Origin: Podarcis gaigeae
Lineage: Eukaryota
NCBI GenBank assembly: GCA_964106915.2
Contig: OZ066922.1
Strand: one strand, 5' to 3'
DNA: 64,000 nt
A model generated the notes under the pieces. It worked only from the letters and a program-made list of their open reading frames with translations. It did no database searches and was not told where the DNA came from. Position 1 is the first letter of the stretch, and each line of letters opens with the position of its first letter. The position numbers and the translations under genes are program-made. Shown one piece after another: positions 24,655-33,642 of this stretch.

Positions 24655-25268
24655 TGTGTTGTCTGTACTTACATATGTGTGTTTTAACCCTAGGTCGGGC
24701 TGCTATCCGTATCTGGATAGTAGGGCACAGTATTGTGCATTGGGCTGCGGACAGAGCTCGCCAGTCTGGACTGGGTGATGGCCTGGGATTCCCGCAGCAC
24801 GTACAGGTGTCCTGGATCTGCAGAAGGGGGATGCTGTGGTGGGAATTCTTACCTCTCATGCGAAGGCGTGTCCGCCAGTTTGGCCCTCCTTCGGCGATCG
24901 TAGTGCAGCTCGGGGAGAATGATTTGGTTTCATCTTCCTGCTTCGGGCTGCGTGCTGCTATGTTACAGGACCTTCGGGAGCTGGCGGCACTGGTGCCGAC
25001 AGCTAAGTTATTTTGGTCACAGTTACTTCAACGCCGCATCTGGCGGGGTAGTCCTTGCCCAGCTGCCACCGAACGTATGAGGAAGCGGATTAATTCTGCG
25101 GCAAGCAAGCTGGTGGTGAATTTGGGCGGGTGTGTGGTCCCTCATCCTCTTATTTCTTTTAAGGCGGTTGAATTTTACAGGGATGACGGGGTTCATCTCT
25201 CCCCAGTTGGGAATGATGTGTGGTTGGATGCTTTGGTGTCCAGGTTGAGGGTGTGGTTTGAATTGTGA
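24654..25268 (+). CDS. SGNH/GDSL-family hydrolase (ORF4)
   Basis: Block I WIVGHS, block II RRGM, block III QLGEND, block V DGVHLS; the first ATG (24654) overlaps the YR stop (TAATG). Confidence 0.88.
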   Translation: MCCLYLHMCVLTLGRAAIRIWIVGHSIVHWAADRARQSGLGDGLGFPQHVQVSWICRRGMLWWEFLPLMRRRVRQFGPPSAIVVQLGENDLVSSSCFGLRAAMLQDLRELAALVPTAKLFWSQLLQRRIWRGSPCPAATERMRKRINSAASKLVVNLGGCVVPHPLISFKAVEFYRDDGVHLSPVGNDVWLDALVSRLRVWFEL

Positions 25269-25296
25269 GTGGTTGGCGGCGAGCGTAAGGGCTCGA

Positions 25297-25717
25297 TTGG
25301 CGGTTAGGCATTGGTTAAAATTGGTTGGTGGAGGGGTATGGATTGGCTGTGCCTGCCCCTCCAATGCTGCTGCTGACGGGTATTCCGTTAAAGGAATTCT
25401 GAAGCTTACCATCCCCTTCGTCCAAACCCTGACGGCAGGGTGCGGGCCGCGTAAGCTTCAAGGAACATGCGCGGAGTAGCTGAGGGCCTGTATCGCAGCT
25501 CCAGCTGACTCTGACCTTGTTCCTCCGGGACTGACTAAGGAGTCAGTGCTGTCCCCCAAGGCGGGGGGAGACAGCTAGTCATAACCAATGCCTAAGCAAC
25601 CACTCTCAATTTGTATGAAAATAAAGTTGTGGCCAAAAATTATGCCAAAAACCTTAAACAAAAATTATGTGTGATGTTTGAGTTATTGGGGAGGGGTTTT
25701 GGGGGACCTCAGCACGC
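25297..25717 (+). repeat. Split direct repeat B1 (421 bp)
   Basis: TTGGCGGTTAGG...CAGCACGC, identical by eye to 26098-26518. Confidence 0.96.
25620..25685 (+). terminator. Poly(A) signal in B1 (AATAAA plus downstream GU-rich element); duplicated in B2 at 26421
   Basis: AATAAA at 25620-25625 followed ~45 nt later by TGTGTGATGTTTGAGTT. Confidence 0.65.
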
Positions 25718-25720
25718 AAA

Positions 25721-25933
25721 GCGTGTTCTCATAAAAGAAAGAGCACGTGTTGCGGATGGGGCCGAACAAAACCCCATTTAGTTGCCAGGCCATTGATGGC
25801 AATGGGCCTGGAGCAGATTGGTTGATGTTGTTACTGGGGTAAATTTGATGTTGCCAAATTAGGGGTGGGATTAACGGCTATATAAACAGGGTCCACAGCT
25901 TTCTCTTTCTCTTTCGCTGTGGACATCGGATCT
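25721..25933 (+). repeat. Split direct repeat A2 (213 bp)
   Basis: Copy of A1 including TATATAAA at 25879-25886. Confidence 0.96.
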
Positions 25934-26097
25934 CCCGCCCGCCCTCCCTTGTCTGGGCTTTCGCTTGACCTTGCTTTGCCTGTCATGGGGTCGCTCGCAT
26001 TGTTGCGTGGGCCCAGTAGGAATTTTCCCAATTGGCTGATTAGTGCGTGCCTTTTGGGTTTTGCCTACTGCTTAGCAAATCGTCACAACTTGTAAGG

Positions 26098-26518
26098 TTG
26101 GCGGTTAGGCATTGGTTAAAATTGGTTGGTGGAGGGGTATGGATTGGCTGTGCCTGCCCCTCCAATGCTGCTGCTGACGGGTATTCCGTTAAAGGAATTC
26201 TGAAGCTTACCATCCCCTTCGTCCAAACCCTGACGGCAGGGTGCGGGCCGCGTAAGCTTCAAGGAACATGCGCGGAGTAGCTGAGGGCCTGTATCGCAGC
26301 TCCAGCTGACTCTGACCTTGTTCCTCCGGGACTGACTAAGGAGTCAGTGCTGTCCCCCAAGGCGGGGGGAGACAGCTAGTCATAACCAATGCCTAAGCAA
26401 CCACTCTCAATTTGTATGAAAATAAAGTTGTGGCCAAAAATTATGCCAAAAACCTTAAACAAAAATTATGTGTGATGTTTGAGTTATTGGGGAGGGGTTT
26501 TGGGGGACCTCAGCACGC
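26098..26518 (+). repeat. Split direct repeat B2 (421 bp)
   Basis: Copy of B1; marks the element's 3' end and is followed by AAA. Confidence 0.96.
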
Positions 26519-27363
26519 AAAATAAAACAGAAGTTTATGTAGATAATTATTCAACACCCAGCCTTGGCCCTGTGAATAAAAAACACTTGGGGCTTAAAAT
26601 TAATTTGGCCAGGCACACAGTCCATTTAGTTAAAATAATTACTCATTCAGATTAATTGCACACCTGATTCTAAAATAAACCTCACAGCTTAAAACATTAT
26701 GCAAAGGCTAGGATGTTAAGACACTGGTGGTAAGTACAATCAGAAAGATACAATTATTTGTTCACCATAGACTTGATAGGAATGCTTATAGCAACTATGC
26801 CTGGCCTCTAGGGGTTTTGGAAATCAGATGCCATTCATTGCGGGAGAGAGAAACTCTACTCCTAGTCTGGCAATCAGTGAAATAAAAGGCTGGAGCTGGA
26901 GGGATGGGTGGGAAGGAGATACACAGAAGTATGGCATTCCAAGAGTATGGCAGGATTTCAAATCTTTACTTGATCCTGAGATTTCTCTTGAAGAAGGTTG
27001 TGTGCTTGATGATGCCCTCGTGTACCCCTATACATTCCCCTCCTCATGGGAAGGGAGAACTCAGTACAGACACCCCATTTCCCAATCCCACAGATTCTTA
27101 ATGTTCATATTTATTCCTCTTCTGGACATCTGGGCTGGGATGGCTCTGGTGTTGTTGTTTTTGGCAAAGTGAATTAACTGTGCACTGTCCCCTCAAGGGC
27201 ACTTAACAGTCTTGCTGGTGAGTTCTACATGACCTTGTCTGATAACCCTGACAGTTACCAGCACATGTATGGAAACTAAATCTAGTAGTTGAGGTTCAAC
27301 ACACAAGCTTGGGAAGGAATAGTTTATACGAATTGATTAAGCACTATCTTTAACTTAGAATGT

Positions 27364-27714
27364 GGGGCACGGGTGGTGCTGTGGGTTAAACCACAGAGCC
27401 TAGGACTTGCTGATCAGAAGGTCGGCGGTTTGAATCCCCACAACAGGGTGAGCTCCCGTAGCTCGGTCCCTGGTCCTTCCAACCTAGCAGTTCGAAAGCA
27501 CATCAAAGTGCAAGTAGATAAATAGGTACTGCTCCAGCGGGAAGGTAAACAGCGTTTTCATGTGCTGCTCTGGTTTGCCAGAAGCGGCTTAGTCATGCTG
27601 GCCACATGACCCAGAAGCTGTAAGCCGACTCCCTCGGCCAATAAAGGGAGATGAGCACCGCAACCCCAGAGTCGGTCACGACTGAACCTAATGGTCAGGG
27701 GTCCCTTTACCTTT
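27364..27714 (+). mobile_element. Sauria SINE, full length
   Basis: GGGTGGTGCTGTGGGTTAAACCACAGAGCCTAGG head, GCAGTTCGAAAGCAC...AAATAGGTAC body, CCTTTACCTTT tail; imperfect TSD TTTAACTTAGAATG / TTTAACTTATAATG. Confidence 0.88.
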
Positions 27715-30559
27715 TAACTTATAATGCCCCATTTGAGAGGAGGTCTTCTTGTTGTTACTATTTTATGTATTTTTGTGTTTTGTATTGTAAATCGCTCTGT
27801 GCTCCTCAAATGATGGGTGGTACAGAAATTTAATAAATAATAATAGAAATAATAATGGGCAAACCTTGAAGAGGAATCCTACTGAGCTAGATGGACCAAT
27901 GGCCTGACTCAGGTCTGTGTGTTCAGTGCATTTACCTTTGATTTCACCAGTCTCTCCAGGGATATGCTTCAAATGATATATGCACATTCAACTAAACTAC
28001 TTTATAAAACGAGATTGGTTTGTGTCTGGTGCAAAGCACAGCAGCCATGATGGCTATACTTTGCCTCCATAGTCAGAGGCAATATCACTTCTGAATATCA
28101 GCTGTTGGTAACTGTAGGAGCAGACGGTGCTCTTGTGCTTGGATCCCGTTTGTGGGTTTCCTGCAATGTGAGAACAGGGTGCTGGACTAGATGGAACATG
28201 GCATTGGTCCAGAAGGAGCTTATGTTCTCTCCTTAAAAAGAAAGAAAACACAGAATAGGAGACACTGAGCAATAATGCCTGAAGATCTGAAGACAATAGG
28301 TTAAGCAGAAATCAATATTCAGGGAGTTTACTCTCCCCACCCCCACCCAACTAGAGAGCATATAAAAATGTCTCCCCCAACGAAGCTTGAGGTGGTAAAG
28401 TTTTACTGTTTGATTCTGCTGATTGTATAATTTGTTCTTTATCAGGTATAGATAACAGCTCAGTACTGAAGTCAATCTCATTACCATTGCAGAAGGTCAA
28501 GGAAGTACAGGATCTTATAGTTGATGAAGTGGTGGTCTGTGTACATGAGCCTAACATTGATCTTTTATCTCATCAATAACCCTTATAGATACCAAATCTG
28601 TAAGTATTTTGAATAATAACTACATCATGATTATAACTGTCAGCATTTGTCCTTCATTCTTTTAAAACGCTTTAATACGCTCCCCATTATCTTGCTGGGG
28701 GTGGTGAGTCACACAAACCCGGATGACCTAATATTATAGCCTGCAAACCACAGAGATGGTGATGTGCTAATTCCAATAATCGAGGCCAAGATGAACTCAC
28801 TGGTCAAGGCATGACTCCCATCAAAAGCCAACTCAGGTTTTCTCAAATTGCCAGTGACCAATTCTAGGGGGGGAAATTGTATTATTTTTTTTGTGTGTGT
28901 GTTTTTACTTTGTCAACACCAACTACTTTTCATGAGTTCTGATCCTGATATGCACATGAGGATGGGGTTCAGTCTGTACCACATGTCATGTTCTGTCATT
29001 ATGTTCCACTTCTTGGTTGTTTCCAAAAATGTTATTTATATCACTACAGGATATTGCTGCAAGAGGTGAGGACTTCAATATTATGTACATTATTCTCCCA
29101 TTCATCTTTGCAACATCCCTGTTAAGTAGTCCAGGCTAATTTAATCAGCAGTTCTTGCCAACATATTGTGAGGGAAATGCAGGGCTCCCAATGCACATAT
29201 AGTATACCTGATCCAGGAAATCTTGCTAGGATCCCTGCAGACCTGTTACTCCAAAGCAAAGCTTTTCCAGCTGACCAAATGATCGATGCTGTCAACTTGT
29301 GTTTGGGAAAGTTGGGGGAAGGGAGTGTCTGGGTTCAGCCCCACCAAAATGTGATTGAGGCACCCACTTCCCAAACACAGACATCAAAGAGAAGAGAAGC
29401 CCTGTTCCCATGCACAGATCGCCTTAGGTGGATCAGAAAGCCTGCCTTCAGATTTGATAATGTGCATGTAACATCTCTGGGACAGAGTTAACCATGTGGC
29501 TTACATGCAGCCCTCTGCGTAGAGCCCCAAAGACAAATCTCACATATCGAGCAAATCTCTGGTTTATAATTCAGTTGAACAAAAATAAATTACAACTTTA
29601 TTCTAGCATTAAAGCTGCCAACTTATTTGGGACTTAACCCTTTCTACAATCAGCCCCCATGAAATTGCTATCTCCCTATTACCTTGCTCAAAGCATTTGT
29701 CTCTCTATTACTCATAATTATTCCAGCATGCCCCTTCCATGCCCTTTTATTTCCACTAAGTCAGCTATAATTACTAAGCAGTTCTTGTATTAGACATCAC
29801 TGTATCACAAAGAGCAATAGACTATCATCGGGCTGTATCGTTAATCTTACCCATAATGACAAAACTTATAATAAATATTCTAACATCAAATCCATTTTAC
29901 AGCTCATTTTACAGCTCCGGGGTTAGTTGTAACACTGACAGCTCCTGTGAGATGAGATTAATATATCTTTAACGAAATATGTAAAACACTTGTTCCACTA
30001 AGTTTTACAAGTGATTTGAATAGCACATGCTACTTCAGCCAATGTTTTGCCTAAGCTGTGGTCTGTATCACATTCATAACATTATAATTAACTCTTCAAA
30101 TTGATAAACCTTATTTTTAAATAAATAAGCAGCTAGATCAACAGTTAAATAAATGAAAAGTGGCTCATGCAGGCTGTTGGCAGATTTAAAAAGTCATTAT
30201 GCAGGTTTGAGTTTTAATTCTTCCTAAATCTGATCTACAAATGAGAAGAATCCTTATTGATTTCCCGACAACTTAATTGCCTGTTGTGTTTAAAATTATT
30301 TCTTTTTCCTTATTAGCCAGGGAGAGAGGGAAACAAAGTACCATCATTAAGGAACCTGGTGAGAAAACACTAAAAGGGCATTGCCCTTTTATTTATGTGT
30401 ACCTTGTTGTGTTCTGAAGGCTCGGAGCATATGACACATCGCATATGAAACCTATGTAGGTATTTTTAGTAACTGCCTACCTCTATATAGCTTGCCATTA
30501 AAAGCCAGCTGAAGATCTGACATTCTTGCTGAAGAATGTTGGACCTGGCCAGGACAGTT

Positions 30560-31080
30560 TTATCAGTATGGGCTGGTATGCTAACTGTAGCCCTTTTTGG
30601 AAATGGCAGACTTAGTCACAGCAATGCAGGCTCTTGTGATGTGGGCCAGACTAGACTACTGCAATGCATTCTGCATGGGGCTGCCTTTAAAGACAGTCCA
30701 GAAACTTCACCTGGTTCAAAATGCAACCACCAGTGTCTTGAAGGTTTCAATAACTTCTCTTTTAAACCACCTTCACTGGCTTCCACTGCATTTCCAGGCC
30801 AAATCTGAAGTGCTGATTTGAACCTTGAAAGTTTTAAGTGGGTTTATACCTGTACCAATACCACCCCACCAGCACACTGAGATCTCAATCAGAGGACCTC
30901 TTGTTGTGTCCACTTCCTTGGTCTATGAACTGGGCATCCACAAGAGAGAGAGAAAGAGAGACTGTACTGTGCTGGCTCCACATTTTTGGAACTCCCTTCC
31001 AGTAATACTGCAGTGTCCAGCCACACTTCTGGCTTTTTAGAAGGTGTTAAAGACTCACCTGTTTCAAGTGGCCTTCCGGG
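30560..31080 (+). mobile_element. Old L2-like LINE RT 3' fragment
   Basis: DLVTAMQALV..RLDYCNAFCMGLPLKTVQKLHLVQNA, LHWLP, APHFWNSLP, LKTHLF motifs with frameshifts. Confidence 0.8.
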
Positions 31081-32274
31081 AGTAATTTTTTTGCCCCTGT
31101 TTGCTAGATAGAAGCTGCAATCATATTAATTCTGAGCTTGTCTTTAACTTTGTGAATCTGTTTTATTATCAGTGTTAGTAATAGCATACCTGCTAAGTGC
31201 CCCGGAAAAAATTGGGACATTCCGTTTGTTCACGTGAGATTGTGGCAGCCATTTTGGATGCTGCGAGCTCTCTTGCTGTGCTCTCTCGCTGCTCTCCCAC
31301 TCTGAAAAAAGAGCCGTCCAAACATAAAGAAAAAACAATCAGGCAAAGGGACAGAGAAACCACCTTCCAAAATATATAGTGGATTTAAAAAACAACAACA
31401 AACCTTTGGAATGCAGCCATATTAGAGTTAGCTCTGAATAGGTAAGAGTCTGAGATATTTATATTTAGCTTATTACTACTGAAAAAGGCTGGAGCTTTTA
31501 CAGGAAGGAGGAACTAAACAAACAAACTTGCAGCAGAAAAGTGATGCTCTTTAGCTATCAATAAGATGGAAGAAACACTTTTCTTATGCATTTTTTATTT
31601 CTATTCAATAGGGTAACATTTGTTAAATCACATCTCTTGCCTACTGTAATTAGAAGACATGCAGTCTCAAACTGCTTTGGGAATATAATCAATAGGAGTT
31701 TTCACATTGACTTCAGCTAATTAGGATTTTACACTAAATCTGCAATTCTAGTCAATCATGTAAAATACGTGTGTTTTGAATACATCCGGAATCTGACTTT
31801 TATAGAAATGCTAATGGTTTGTGTCATCAGTTGACAAGCTATCCTCACAACAGTATATTTCTGTTTGTTGTATTTATTTATTTTGGAACATTTATAAATT
31901 GCTTAATAAAAGAAAACCCTTTAAGCAATTTAATAAAACAGTAAATAAAACACAGCTGAAATTCACAAAAACCTAACAAACATTTATATGTGAAATAATT
32001 ATCCTGATAGCACAAATAAAATCAGCAAAACTTTTAAAATGAATATGGGTAAGTGAATTGTGTCTAATTAGGCTTGCTGAAATAAAAAGGTTTTCAGTGG
32101 CTGTCTAAAACAATTGTCTAACATTTAGAAATTTCTAAATGTTCACAGTTGCATATTGTTTCTTTAATTTTGTTATCTTGACAATGACTACCCTGGTTTG
32201 CTTTAGAGAAGAGCACATTACCTTTCTGTTTAAGTGTCACATTTTAATTTCCCAAAATTGGTTGATTCTTCAGG

Positions 32275-32276
<2 letters not shown>

Positions 32277-32307
<31 letters not shown>
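32277..32307. repeat. (TG)n microsatellite
   Basis: Directly visible. Confidence 0.95.
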
Positions 32308-32311
<4 letters not shown>

Positions 32312-32714
32312 GAATACTCTGGAATGTCCACATTGAAGGTCCACTGGTTAACCAGGCCACAGTTTAAACCCAATGGATTGGCACTGTATGATTATCCCCC
32401 TACTTGGCTAATGCATTTGTAATGTATAAATTCAGAAAGAGTGACATGTTGCCTGTTCTTTCAAAGTCTCCATTTTGACTCCAAGAATCAGAGCCGTCAA
32501 CATGTTCCATTACAAAGGGAGAGGGCACAAAGGTGTACTGTAGGAGATCAGAAAGAATCACAGGATCCAAGCTGAGAAGCTCTAAGGGGATAAGAAAAAG
32601 ACATGTAACCTTGTGGTAAGTTCAGATGAACTCAGCAATGCTTACTTGTAAGTATCAATGTGTAGGATTGTGCTGTTAAATGCATTATTCTTTGTGAGAA
32701 ACTGGGTAGAATAA

Positions 32715-33250
32715 TGCATTCTATTTTGCCTTGGTCAGACAACATCTGGACTACGGTGTCCAGTTCTGGATGCCACAGTGTAAGAAGAAGAAGGGCAGGC
32801 TGGAATGTGGAACAGAGGATGGGCAACCAAGATGATAAAGGGTCTGGAAACAAGGGCTTATGAGGAATGGTTGAGGGAGCTGGTATGTTTACACTGGTAA
32901 AGAAGATACTGAGAGGAGATATGATAGCCATCTTCAAATATCTGACGGGTTGTCACATAGAAGGTGGAGCTAGCTTATTTCTCCTGCTCCAGATGGTAGG
33001 ACCTGAATAAATGGATTCAAGTTATAAGAAAGGAGATATTCTGATTAAACATCAGGGAGAACTTTCTGGTGGTAAGAGCTATTTGATAGTGGAATGGACT
33101 CCCTTGGAAGGTGGTGGACTCACCTTCACTGGAGGTTTTTAGCAGAGTTTGGATGGCCATCTATCATGGATGCCTTAGTTGAGATTCCTGCATTGTGGGG
33201 GGTTGAACTAGATGACCCTCAGGGTCCCATCCAACTATAATTCTATGATG
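32715..33250 (+). mobile_element. CR1 LINE 3' fragment
   Basis: Degenerate ALVRxHLDYxVQFW and LRGDMIAIFKYL motifs; CR1 3' end GGTCCCATCCAAC...TTCTATGAT. Confidence 0.85.
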
Positions 33251-33427
33251 CTACGATCCCTGCACACTTTTTCTAATATCTTTGAAAATGGCCCAGAAAC
33301 TGCCGTTAATCAAAAATATCAATTTTCTAGATTCTTATCAGCCATGCTTAGAATATTGGAGAATCTTCCTCAAACAGGATACAATGCACAGTTATTATCT
33401 AGAGTCCAGCCTCATTTTTTTTTCATA

Positions 33428-33642
33428 CAGTGGTACCTTGGGTTAAGAACTTAATTCGTTCTGGAGGTCCGTTCTTAACCTGAAACTGTTCTTAACCTGA
33501 GGTACCACTTTAGCTAATGGGGCCTCCCGCTGCCACCACACAATTTCTGTTCTCATCCTGAAGCAAAGTTCTTAACCCAAGGTACTATTTCTGGGTTAGC
33601 GGAGTCTGTAACCTAAAGCGTCTGTAACCCAAGGTACCACTG
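33428..33642. mobile_element. Tc1/mariner-type MITE
   Basis: TA-CAGTGGTACCTTGGGTTA...TAACCCAAGGTACCACTG-TA. Confidence 0.9.

Larger units (their letters stand above)
18967..26518 (+). mobile_element. Full-length Ngaro-type tyrosine-recombinase retrotransposon (DIRS order) with split direct repeats and an SGNH hydrolase ORF
   Basis: A1...B1-A2-B2 split direct repeats; ORFs in the order gag, RT/RNaseH, YR, SGNH; AAA at both outer junctions and between B1 and A2; sharp CpG-rich block within CpG-poor flanks. Confidence 0.96.

Noticed and set aside
25297-25600. Possible hammerhead ribozyme (several CTGA motifs)
   Set aside because: No CUGANGA...GAAA core in a suitable arrangement; other ribozyme classes cannot be excluded by eye.
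25258-26280. Duplicated ~75 aa ORFs (RLAVRHWLKLVGGG...) in B1 and B2
   Set aside because: Non-ATG starts; the duplication simply follows the direct repeat; the region is better explained as structured RNA.
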